A DNA stretch of 64,000 nucleotides from an uncultured Fibrobacteria bacterium (GTDB taxonomy: Bacteria; Fibrobacterota; Fibrobacteria; UBA11236), in NCBI GenBank assembly GCA_963716395.1, contig OY970309.1, forward strand, positions 672,001 to 736,000, written 5' to 3'. Position 1 is the first letter of the stretch. Every line of letters begins with the position of its first letter. The notes below the pieces were generated by a model. It worked only from the letters and a program-made list of their open reading frames with translations, was not told where the DNA came from and searched no databases. Below, piece after piece: positions 29,657-38,695 of the stretch. The translations under genes were made by a program, and so were the position numbers.

Positions 29657-30754
29657 TCATCGCGTCACGCGCGCACCGCCGCCCCTCACCAAATGCTCGA
29701 CTTCGGACAGGCTGGCCATCGAGGTGTCGCCGGGCGTGGTCATGGCCAGCGCCCCATGCGCGGCGCCGTAGTCCACCGCCGCCTGCGCGTCGCCTTTTTC
29801 CAGCAGGCCGTAAATCAGGCCTGAAGCGAAGCTGTCGCCCCCGCCCACGCGATCGTAAATCTCGAGATCGCGGCGGAGGAGGGCTTCATAAAATGCCCCT
29901 TGGTTCCAGCACACCGCGCCCCAATCGTTTCTGCCCGCCGACTTGACCGTCCGCAAGGTCGTGGCCACGGTTTTGAGGGTAGGAAACTCCCGAGTTACCG
30001 ACGCAATCATCTTTTTGAAATTGGAACTGTCGAGGGATGATAGGTCCGCCTCGACACCGGGTACGTCGAATCCGAGGCCGGCCGTGAAATCCTCTTCGTT
30101 GCCGAGCAAGACGTCGACATGGCGCAGCAGGCGGCGGTTCACCGCTTGCGCGCGCGGGGGGCCGCCGTAGCTTTTCCACAGGCTGGGCCGGTAGTTCAGA
30201 TCGTAGGAAACGACCGTGCCGTGTTTTTTCGCGGCCAGCATGGCTGCTTCGACCACGTCGGCCGCGGTTTCGGAGAGACCGGCGAAAATGCCCCCGGTAT
30301 GAAACCAGCGCGAACCCAGGCGGCCGAAAATGTTTTCCCAATCGAAGTCGCCGCGCTTGAGCTGGGAAACTGCGGTGTGACCCCGGTCGGAAACGCCCAC
30401 GGCGCCGCGTACGCCGAAGCCGCGCTCGGTGAAGTTGAGCCCGTTGCGCACGCTGCGGCCCAGGCCGTCGTCGAGGCGCCACAAGATGAAGCGTGTATCG
30501 ACGCCGCCCTGCAAAATGAAATCTTCGACCAGGCGGCCCACTTCGTTGTCGGCGAAGGCCGTGGCCACGGCCGCACGCAGGCCGAAGCACTTGCGCAGTC
30601 CGCGCGCGACATTGTACTCGCCGCCGCCCTCCCAAGCCCGGAAAGAGCGGGCGGTGCGGATGCGCGCGTCGCCGGGATCGAGCCGCAGCATGACTTCGCC
30701 CAGCGCCACGATGTCAAAGGCGCAGGCGGCTTGGGGTTTCGGGTTCAGGTTCAT
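29657..30754 (-). CDS. kdgK: 2-keto-3-deoxygluconate kinase (PfkB family)
   Basis: LGEVMLRLDP, GGGEYNVA, WFHTGGI, SYDLNYR, DRVGGGDSF, TTPGD; adjacent to eda. Confidence 0.85.
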   Translation of the reverse strand: MNLNPKPQAACAFDIVALGEVMLRLDPGDARIRTARSFRAWEGGGEYNVARGLRKCFGLRAAVATAFADNEVGRLVEDFILQGGVDTRFILWRLDDGLGRSVRNGLNFTERGFGVRGAVGVSDRGHTAVSQLKRGDFDWENIFGRLGSRWFHTGGIFAGLSETAADVVEAAMLAAKKHGTVVSYDLNYRPSLWKSYGGPPRAQAVNRRLLRHVDVLLGNEEDFTAGLGFDVPGVEADLSSLDSSNFKKMIASVTREFPTLKTVATTLRTVKSAGRNDWGAVCWNQGAFYEALLRRDLEIYDRVGGGDSFASGLIYGLLEKGDAQAAVDYGAAHGALAMTTPGDTSMASLSEVEHLVRGGGARVTR

Positions 30755-30787
30755 CGGCGTCCGCCTTTTGTCACTGGAAAGTTTCCG

Positions 30788-31432
30788 TCACCTGGAAGTT
30801 ATCCTCGCGGTTTGGACGGTTTGGACCGCGGCCGCGGCCAGCCGGGTGATGGCGGCGAAGTCGCGCGCCACCATCAATTCCGGCGCCACCATCCAGCTTC
30901 CGCCCACGGCCAGCACCGAGGGCATCCGCAAATAGGCCGGCAATTGTGGCAGGCCGATGGAGCCGGTGGGCACGAAGCGCACGCCGCGGAACGGAGCGGC
31001 CACCGCCTTGAGATAGGCCGCACCGCCGGCCGGTTCGGCGGGAAAAAACTTCTGCACCGTAAATCCCATGTCCAGGGCCAGGGCGATTTCCGACGGCGTG
31101 CAAACGCCGGGGATGAATGGTAGTCGTTTGTCGAGCGCCCGCTGCGCCACCTTGGGGTTGAAGCCGGGTGCGAGCGCGAAGCGCGCGCCCAGGTCCAGCG
31201 CTTGATCCACCTGCTCGGGTCGCAGCACGGTGCCGGCACCGAGGAGTAATCCCGATACCTTGGCCATGGCCGCGAGAACTTTGGCCGCAGAGGCGGTGCG
31301 AAAAACGACTTCGGCCACGGGCAGTCCGCCGGCGATCAGGGCTTCGGCGATGGGCGCGGCGTCTTCGACGCGTTCCACCGTCAGCACGGGCAGCAGGGCG
31401 GAGCGTTCCAGGGCCGCAAATACGTCTTCCAA
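30788..31432 (-). CDS. eda: KDPG/KHG aldolase
   Basis: EVVFRT, GAGTVL, PGVCTPSEI, KFFPAE, FVPTGSI, GGSW. Confidence 0.92.
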   Translation of the reverse strand: MEDVFAALERSALLPVLTVERVEDAAPIAEALIAGGLPVAEVVFRTASAAKVLAAMAKVSGLLLGAGTVLRPEQVDQALDLGARFALAPGFNPKVAQRALDKRLPFIPGVCTPSEIALALDMGFTVQKFFPAEPAGGAAYLKAVAAPFRGVRFVPTGSIGLPQLPAYLRMPSVLAVGGSWMVAPELMVARDFAAITRLAAAAVQTVQTARITSR

Positions 31433-31433
31433 C

Positions 31434-32207
31434 TCACAACCTCGGAACGGTCAGGCCGCCGTCTACGTGGATCACGGTTCCCGTGGCGTACGGCAAGTCG
31501 CCCCGGGCCAGGGCGGCCGCGACGCGGCCGATGTCGTCGGGCCGGCCCCAGCGCGGCTCGATCAAAAGGCCGTTTGCCATCAGCGCGTCGTATTTGGACT
31601 TCATCGCGGCCGTCATGTCGGTGGCGATGATTCCGGGGCGGATCTCGTACACCGGAATGCCGAACTCGCCCAGTCGCGCCGCGAACAGTTTGACGGCCAT
31701 GGCCAGCCCCGCCTTGCTGACGCAATAATCGCCCCGATTCACCGAGGCGACTTCGGCCGAAACCGACGTCACATTGATGATACACCCCGTCCAGGCGGGG
31801 TCGGCTTGTTTCTGGGCGACCATCCAGCGGGCCGCGCCTTGGGTCAGAAAATACGGCCCTTGCAAATTGATGCGCAGCAGGCGTTCGAAACTGTCTTCCC
31901 CGGCGTCCAAAAGGTCGGCGCGAACTTCGGGGGCCACGCCGGCATTGTTAACCAGCACGTGCAACGCGCCCAGCCCGGCACGAAGGCTTTGCAACAATGC
32001 TTCGCGATCGGCCTTTTCGCCGATATCGGCGCGCAGATACAGCACCTTGGCGCCCGCATCGCGCAGACTTTGCAAACCGGGTTCAACCTCTTCCGCCGCC
32101 CGTCGGCCGCACAGACACAGGTCAAAACCATCGCGGGCCAAGGCCGCCGCGATGCCGGCGCCGATGCCGCGCGTTCCGCCTGTGATCAAGGCCACGCGAT
32201 TATTCAT
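31434..32207 (-). CDS. SDR oxidoreductase (3-ketoacyl-ACP reductase-like)
   Basis: TGGTRGIG, LVNNAG, catalytic YCVSK, PG.I.TDM; ATGA overlap with the upstream hydrolase. Confidence 0.88.
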   Translation of the reverse strand: MNNRVALITGGTRGIGAGIAAALARDGFDLCLCGRRAAEEVEPGLQSLRDAGAKVLYLRADIGEKADREALLQSLRAGLGALHVLVNNAGVAPEVRADLLDAGEDSFERLLRINLQGPYFLTQGAARWMVAQKQADPAWTGCIINVTSVSAEVASVNRGDYCVSKAGLAMAVKLFAARLGEFGIPVYEIRPGIIATDMTAAMKSKYDALMANGLLIEPRWGRPDDIGRVAAALARGDLPYATGTVIHVDGGLTVPRL

Positions 32208-33580
32208 TCGCCCCCTGCCGGCCCGAAAAAAGCGAGGTCGGGTTGCCCCTCGGCCAGGCGCTGCGCGTACAAGGCCGCTTCGCGCAAATGGTAATCGCCC
32301 CATTGGCTGGCTTCGCCGCCAGGCACCGATTGTCCCCTGGGAATGGAATCCCAGCCGTTCGGACGATGGTAAACCGAATGCAGCAACAGGCCCTGATGGC
32401 CGGCATCGGTGCTGAGATAGGGTTCTTCGAGCAGGCGATCCAACACGGTGAGTCCGGCTTGAAAGTAATTCCCGGCTGCGGCGTCGGACTGCAAACAACG
32501 GCCCAGGCGCAGCAAGCCTTGGCAGGCGATGGCGGCGGCGGAACTGTCCACGGGCTCGAAGGCGTTGAAGGGATCGGCGGGTCGGCTGAGAATGTCGCCC
32601 AGGCGGTGCAGGTTGGGCGCTCCCGTATCCCAATAGGGAATGCCGTCCCGCGGCGTATTCACCAGCCAGAAATCACAGGTGGCGACGGCGGCTGCGCGCA
32701 AAGGAGTTACTGCGGCGTTACGGCCGCCGAAAGGTTCGAATTCGGCGTCGGGCAGGGTGTCGAGAAATTCCAGTTCTTCGGCGAATCCGAGCATGGCCCA
32801 GGCCAAACCGCGCGTCCAGGTCGTGAACGGCGAATAGCCCTGCTGCGAGTTGGGACAGCGGTAACGGCCCTCGCGTGCGTTGAAAATGCTTTCCTGCGCC
32901 ACCCGGCCGCGCACATCGAAGACATCGCGGCCTTGGCCGTAATAAACAGCGTACCGGGCCGTGGCTTGGGCGTGTTGCAGCAAGCGGCCGAGCAAGGAAA
33001 TGTGGACGTCGTTTTCACCCATCAAGACATGACCGAGTCGATGGGCCAGCGCCAAGGATCGCAGCGATCGCATGGTGTCGATGAAAAGCGAATGCGGACC
33101 GTTGAAAGAGTAGATGAATCCGCCGTCGGGGAGCGCGGTCCAGCGCGCGGCCTGTACCGCGCCGGAGCATTTCAGCGCCAGCGCGTAAAAGTGTCTCTCG
33201 TACTCGGAGGCCTCGAAGCGCTCTTCGCGGCAGAGGCGCCAAAGGTTGCCATAGGTGCTGACGTTGTTGAAGCCGTGATCGTGTACGCCCATGTGGGTGA
33301 GATGCGGCGCCATGACCTGCACGGTGTGATCGCGGCACAGATCCAGAAAAAATTTTTCCCCGGTGGCGTCGAACTGCAAAGCGGCCGATCCATATTGAAA
33401 GCCTTGCGTCCATTCGGTCCAGCCGCGGGCCGTGTACCGTCCTGCCACGGTGTATACGGGCGCGGCCGATCCCGGCGGGCAGGTCGATGCGAGCGATCGG
33501 ATTTTGGCGGCCGACAACTCCCATAGCCGGGCCAGTTTGGGCTTGAGATCAGCGGGTTGGAGATGGTCTTGAACTTTCAT
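32204..33580 (-). CDS. GH88-like unsaturated glucuronyl hydrolase family protein
   Basis: EWTQGF, HDHGF, FIDTM, WTRGLAWA..GF, PYWD, DSSAAAI, WGDY..EA; no signal peptide. Confidence 0.75.
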   Translation of the reverse strand: MKVQDHLQPADLKPKLARLWELSAAKIRSLASTCPPGSAAPVYTVAGRYTARGWTEWTQGFQYGSAALQFDATGEKFFLDLCRDHTVQVMAPHLTHMGVHDHGFNNVSTYGNLWRLCREERFEASEYERHFYALALKCSGAVQAARWTALPDGGFIYSFNGPHSLFIDTMRSLRSLALAHRLGHVLMGENDVHISLLGRLLQHAQATARYAVYYGQGRDVFDVRGRVAQESIFNAREGRYRCPNSQQGYSPFTTWTRGLAWAMLGFAEELEFLDTLPDAEFEPFGGRNAAVTPLRAAAVATCDFWLVNTPRDGIPYWDTGAPNLHRLGDILSRPADPFNAFEPVDSSAAAIACQGLLRLGRCLQSDAAAGNYFQAGLTVLDRLLEEPYLSTDAGHQGLLLHSVYHRPNGWDSIPRGQSVPGGEASQWGDYHLREAALYAQRLAEGQPDLAFFGPAGGE

Positions 33581-33667
33581 GGAAGGTAACTTAGGTGTAA
33601 CGTACGCGGAATGGGCTCGTTGCTGGAAATTGGCCGGCTGTTCTTAGTCGCCTGGAATCGTTTTGCC

Positions 33668-34198
33668 TCACATCTTTTTGCCTTTGTGCAGGTGCAGCAA
33701 AATGATTTTGCAGTCTTGCAGCACCCGGTATTCATGTTTCAACATGCCGTCGAATTGCAGGGCGTCGCCCTCTTTCAAGGTGTGCCGGTCGGGCCCCACG
33801 GTCATTTCGATACTGCCATTGACCACCCAGCAGACTTCGATGTCGTTGTGGTGAATTTCCGGCCGGCTGACCTTGGCCCCGGTGAGCGCCGTACCGATAA
33901 AAAACTGCAGATTCATGAAATTGATGTTTTGGAATTGAAAGCCGCCCGAGGTGTATTGCTGCGTCGTGGCCGTCTGCGCCGAGCGCCGTTCGGCCAAGCC
34001 CAACAAATCGGTGGCCGACATGCCGAACACCTTGGCAAGCCGCGCCAAAGTTTCGAGTTCGGGCATGGCCTGATTGCGCTCGATGCGCGAGATGACGGCG
34101 GTGGAAATGCCGGAATGGCCCGCCACGTCGAGAATCGTATAACTCTGCGTTTTGCGCAAAGTTCGCAGAATGGTGAAGTCGTAATTGTTTGCGGTCAT
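33668..34198 (-). CDS. XRE-family HTH plus cupin transcriptional regulator
   Basis: LRTLR...SGIS...ISRIER....P.LETL HTH; C-terminal cupin (LKEGDALQFDG..KHEY). Confidence 0.88.
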   Translation of the reverse strand: MTANNYDFTILRTLRKTQSYTILDVAGHSGISTAVISRIERNQAMPELETLARLAKVFGMSATDLLGLAERRSAQTATTQQYTSGGFQFQNINFMNLQFFIGTALTGAKVSRPEIHHNDIEVCWVVNGSIEMTVGPDRHTLKEGDALQFDGMLKHEYRVLQDCKIILLHLHKGKKM

Positions 34199-34226
34199 AT
34201 CGATTCCTATTGGCCGGGGCGTTCAC

Positions 34227-35546
34227 TCATGCGGGCAAGGATTTTCCTTTGGTTTCCGGAGCCAACCAAATGAGGAAAATTCCGGCCGCATAGACGAGAC
34301 TGATGATGGAACACATTTTCGCATAATCCCCGGAGAAATGGCGCAGCAATTGGCCGCTGATCAAGGTGCCGGCGGCTGCCAACAACCGGCCCGCGTTAAA
34401 GGTGAAGCCGGCGCCCATGGCGCGCACGCGCGTGGGGAACAGTTCCGGCAAATAGAGAGGCAGCCAGCCGTAGAATCCCGCCGAGAGTCCGCCGACCAGG
34501 AAAGTCCCAAGGAGAAATCCGCCGCCGTAGTGCAGACGCATGCGGAACAGCACGGCGCATGCCAGCAGGGTGAACAACGAGAGCGAGAAATAGGCGATGC
34601 GCCGGTTCATTTTTTCCGCGCACAATGCCACGCCGATACTGAATACGACCGCGCCGAAACCCGAAACCATTTGCACGGTCTCGCGCACGCCCGGCATTTT
34701 GTGCGTGAGCTTGTCGGCCCAGGAGGGAATCCATTGCACCGAACCCCAGGTTCCCAATAGCGCCACGGCGCCGAGGCATGCGCCGATCACCGTGAACTTC
34801 GCCAAACCTCCACGAAACAAATCGCCGAGGCGGGGGCTTTGCGTTTCCTTTTCACGGACCCGTGCCCACATTTCCGATTCCGGGACGAAGAGGCGGATGA
34901 AAAATGTGAGCAGGGCGGGCAAGGCGCTGAGCAGCATGAGCAAACGCCAACTGCCGTTGGCCACCAAGGCGTTGGCCGCGGCAGGCGGCAACATCGCGTT
35001 TAACAGTCTCGCCATTCCGGCCAAGAAGTGGGTCAGCCCCAAGGAGAGCAGCGCGATGGCCATGAATCCCACATTGGCGGAAGCGCCGATGACGCCCGCC
35101 AACCAAGGCCGGGATTGGGCGGGCCAAACTTCCATCACCAAGGCCACGCCCAAGGCCCATTGCCCGCCCATTCCCAAGGCGGCGAGAAAGCGCAATGTCG
35201 CCATTTGCCAGGGCGCGCCGCAAAAAGCGCACAGACCCGAAAACAGGGAATACGCCAGTACGCTCCAGGTCATGGCGCGCGTGCGACCGATGCGATCGCC
35301 CAGCCACCCGAGCAGCATTCCACCCAGCGCCGCGCCGACCAGAAACACGGCGATAATGGCTGACATCCAAAAACCGCTGGCCGCGTCGGAGCCGGTGAAC
35401 TCCAGCATGGCCGGGCGGGCCACCAAGGGAAAGAGACCCATTTCCACACCGTCGAAGGTCCAGCCGAGCGTGGCGGCGATCAAGGCCAGCCATTGGGCCG
35501 CGGTGATGGCGCGGGCGGAAGGCGAGGCCGTTGGATTGACCGTCAT
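34227..35546 (-). CDS. MFS transporter (sugar-acid type)
   Basis: GWLGDRIGR motif A, LGMGGQW, PESE, ELFPTRVRA.G, PETKG. Confidence 0.9.
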   Translation of the reverse strand: MTVNPTASPSARAITAAQWLALIAATLGWTFDGVEMGLFPLVARPAMLEFTGSDAASGFWMSAIIAVFLVGAALGGMLLGWLGDRIGRTRAMTWSVLAYSLFSGLCAFCGAPWQMATLRFLAALGMGGQWALGVALVMEVWPAQSRPWLAGVIGASANVGFMAIALLSLGLTHFLAGMARLLNAMLPPAAANALVANGSWRLLMLLSALPALLTFFIRLFVPESEMWARVREKETQSPRLGDLFRGGLAKFTVIGACLGAVALLGTWGSVQWIPSWADKLTHKMPGVRETVQMVSGFGAVVFSIGVALCAEKMNRRIAYFSLSLFTLLACAVLFRMRLHYGGGFLLGTFLVGGLSAGFYGWLPLYLPELFPTRVRAMGAGFTFNAGRLLAAAGTLISGQLLRHFSGDYAKMCSIISLVYAAGIFLIWLAPETKGKSLPA

Positions 35547-37018
35547 GGGGCGTCCTTAGTGAAAGAGGGAGCCGATAAGGCGATAGGTTCCATGGCTTCC
35601 CAATCCGGAATAGTGGACGCCCCGAATCCCTGGGCGGCATTCACCTCGCCCAACCGGAATCCCCCCTGTTCTACATGGACCTTGGCCCCCGAAACCGGAT
35701 CGGGTTCGTACAGCGACGGATAATTTCTCAAGGCGTCCTCGCGTTCGGCCTGGGACAGGAATTCGAACCCGCGGATGTAATGATGTCCGTTCCGTTCGCT
35801 GTGGGTCAACCCCAGAGCGGCGGCCAAACTCAAATCCTGCTGCAAGGGCAAAAGGGGCACCGTTGTCAAATCTTCGCTGGAAAGAATCAGTCCGGTGCGG
35901 CCTTGCGCCTCGACTTCCCGGAGTTTCAGAAAATGCGACACGGAACGGAACAGCCCTTTGCACATTTTCGACGAAACGCCCGCGTAGCCCAATTCCAGCG
36001 CGCGTTCCAGGGCGTCGGCTTCGCCGTCGCTTTCGTCGATGATCACGGGTTTGAATGCGGCGACGCGCAGCACATCGGCGCGGCCTGAGGGATTCAAGGC
36101 TTGGTCCCGCGTGACGGGTTGCTCGATCCACAAAATGCGCGCCGAAAAGTTGCGAAGATCGAAGTCGTTTCGGAGGCGTTCGAGAAACAACGCGAAGATC
36201 CCCATGTCGGAAAATTGCTCGTTACCGTCCAAGGTGACCCGGTAATCCCCTGCGCTACGATCCAAAATTTCCGCAATGCCCCGCAAGCGTGGGAATGTTT
36301 CTTCGGCGTCGCGGCTGATCTTGATCTTGAAAAATCCCGGCGCATAAACCTCCACCACTTCTTGCAATGTTTCCGGCAGCCCATCAAGCAAGGGTTCGTG
36401 AAGATCCGCGGCGGACAGCGCGTCGGCCAATCCGACGGTGTGCCGCAAACGCATGAAGGCGGTGGGCGACTCCGGCAGCCTGGCGGCGAGTGCCGCGGAA
36501 AGCCCTAAGACGCCTCTGCGTAGGGCGGCATGGAAAGGCAGGCCGACATGCCGGCAGACACCATCCACCACCGCGGCTTCCAGCAAGGCCGGCCCAAATC
36601 CCGCGGCCAGGGGTGCCATGCCGGCGGCCGTTAATTTGGTGCGCACCGATTCGGTGACGGCGCAATGCAATTCCCACGCCGTTTCCGGCGCTTGCAATGA
36701 ATAGGTCGCCGCGGCTTCGGCCACGGAAATCAGGAGATCGCGTTCATTATCTTGTGGCGTTTTGTCCGGCCTTTTGTCGAACCATAAAGGAGGGATTCCG
36801 GATGCGGTAACACCTTCCCCTCGCGCCTGACCATTGATTTCCAAGTCGCAACGCAGGTACAAAACCGGCATTTCCGTCATTTGGGATTTGCCGAACCGAA
36901 AGGGGAAACGCGTTTGCACCCGTCGCCGGAAAAGGCGCGGATTTTTGCAGCGGATTTTTATCCCGGGCCCAAAATGCCCCGTTGAATTTTCTAATCCGAT
37001 CCGGCTTGCCGACACCAT
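35543..37018 (-). CDS. Uncharacterised enolase-superfamily (mandelate racemase-like) protein
   Basis: FFKIK (KxK), metal ligands TLDGNE / IEQP / IIDES, EDLT, ERNGHHY. Confidence 0.65.
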   Translation of the reverse strand: MVSASRIGLENSTGHFGPGIKIRCKNPRLFRRRVQTRFPFRFGKSQMTEMPVLYLRCDLEINGQARGEGVTASGIPPLWFDKRPDKTPQDNERDLLISVAEAAATYSLQAPETAWELHCAVTESVRTKLTAAGMAPLAAGFGPALLEAAVVDGVCRHVGLPFHAALRRGVLGLSAALAARLPESPTAFMRLRHTVGLADALSAADLHEPLLDGLPETLQEVVEVYAPGFFKIKISRDAEETFPRLRGIAEILDRSAGDYRVTLDGNEQFSDMGIFALFLERLRNDFDLRNFSARILWIEQPVTRDQALNPSGRADVLRVAAFKPVIIDESDGEADALERALELGYAGVSSKMCKGLFRSVSHFLKLREVEAQGRTGLILSSEDLTTVPLLPLQQDLSLAAALGLTHSERNGHHYIRGFEFLSQAEREDALRNYPSLYEPDPVSGAKVHVEQGGFRLGEVNAAQGFGASTIPDWEAMEPIALSAPSFTKDAP

Positions 37019-37147
37019 GTTTCCGAAAGAAAAAAGATCTTTAACGATATATGATTGCTTGAAAAACTCTTTTTGCGAAAATATTCAGCATAAATATTGT
37101 TCGATAGATATAATATACCCACAAATTTATGCGCGCAATCTGAAGTT

Positions 37148-38623
37148 ATGGGAATCAAAAAACTCACGGCGTTGAAAAACCCATCCGCCTTTCGCGAGAG
37201 AACCGCGGCGTTGAACTTGGATTTGCCGGTGGAAGACGTCATCGCCAAGGCTCCGCATTCGCCGTTGTCCCAAACGATTCGCATTGGCGCATTCGAAGTG
37301 GGCAACCGTTATTGCATCCAGCCCATGGAGGGGTGGGATGCCACCACCGACGGCAAGCCCACCGAAGATGTGATCCGACGTTGGGAACGGTTCGGGACTT
37401 CGGGGGCCAAGTTTCTCTGGGGCATGGAAGCCATGGCCGTTCGCCCGGACGGAAGAGCGAATCCGAACCAAATCGTACTCTCCTCCGAAAACGTCCCGTT
37501 GATCCGCGCCGCCGTGGATCGCGCGCTGGAGGCGCATCGGCGGCGGTTCGGTTCCGCGGACGATCTGTTGTGGGGCTACCAACTCACCCACTCCGGGCGC
37601 TTTGCGCGCCCCCATGACAAGTCGGTGCTGGAGCCAAGCTTGGTTTACCGGCATCCGATTCTTGACGACCGGTTTCATTTGCCCGCCGCGCAACCCGTGC
37701 TCAGCGACGATGATATTCGGCGCTTGATTGACGATTACGTGTCGGCGGCGGTGCTGGCCGAAAAAAGCGGCGCGCCTTTTGTCGACATCAAGCAATGCCA
37801 CGGTTATCTGGGGCACGAATTTCTTTCGGCCTTCATTCGCCCCGGCCCTTACGGCGGCGAGAGTTTGGAAGAGCGTACGCGTTTCGCCCGTGAAATCATC
37901 CAAGGCATACGCCAGGCCGCGCCCAAACTGATTCTCGGCGTACGCCTGTCGGCCTTTGACATCGTGCCGTTCCGCAAAGGAGTCGGAAAATCGATGGGTG
38001 AACCGGAAGATTTCCGCCACCTACTCCCTTACCGCTACGGATTCGGACTTCGTTCCGAAGATCCGCTGGAACCGGATTTCAGGGAACCGGTTCTTTATCT
38101 CCATATGCTCAAGGCGTGGGGCGTGGCCGTCGTGAACATATCCTGCGGCTCGCCCTATTACAACCCGCATATCCAACGCCCGGCGCTGTATCCGCCCTCC
38201 GACGGATATGATCCGCCCGAAGATCCGCTGGTCGGCGTGGCGCGGCAAGTGCACGCGGTCCGCACCCTCAAACGGGCCGTGCCGGAAATGCCGTTGATCA
38301 GCTCCGGCCTGACCTATTTGCAGGAGTTCCTGCCTCAGGTGGCGCAGGCTCTGGTGCGCCAGGGTTATACCGACATCGTGGGCTTGGGGCGCATGATCCT
38401 ATCCTATCCGGAGATCATCGTTGATACTCTGGAAAAGGGCCGTGTCGAAGCACGCCGCATCTGCCGCACCTTTTCCGACTGCACCACGGCTCCCCGCAAC
38501 GGCTTGAAGTCGGGATGCTACCCGCTGGACCCGCATTATAAGGCCATGCCGGAGTTCCTTCGCTTGAAGGGAATCAAAGGGGCGGGGCGCGAAGCTTCGG
38601 TTGCGGAAGAGGTCACCGCGTAA
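37148..38623 (+). CDS. NADH:flavin oxidoreductase (Old Yellow Enzyme family)
   Basis: NRYCIQPMEG, QLTHSGR, DIKQCHGYL, YGG.SLEERTRF, GLGR, C-terminal CRTFSDC...GC. Confidence 0.85.
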   Translation: MGIKKLTALKNPSAFRERTAALNLDLPVEDVIAKAPHSPLSQTIRIGAFEVGNRYCIQPMEGWDATTDGKPTEDVIRRWERFGTSGAKFLWGMEAMAVRPDGRANPNQIVLSSENVPLIRAAVDRALEAHRRRFGSADDLLWGYQLTHSGRFARPHDKSVLEPSLVYRHPILDDRFHLPAAQPVLSDDDIRRLIDDYVSAAVLAEKSGAPFVDIKQCHGYLGHEFLSAFIRPGPYGGESLEERTRFAREIIQGIRQAAPKLILGVRLSAFDIVPFRKGVGKSMGEPEDFRHLLPYRYGFGLRSEDPLEPDFREPVLYLHMLKAWGVAVVNISCGSPYYNPHIQRPALYPPSDGYDPPEDPLVGVARQVHAVRTLKRAVPEMPLISSGLTYLQEFLPQVAQALVRQGYTDIVGLGRMILSYPEIIVDTLEKGRVEARRICRTFSDCTTAPRNGLKSGCYPLDPHYKAMPEFLRLKGIKGAGREASVAEEVTA

Positions 38624-38695
38624 TTTTCAAAACGCCCGCGTCCGTCGCTGATGACGACAGGATTCAGGGCGGGGAAGCGACGGATTCTCCGGAGC

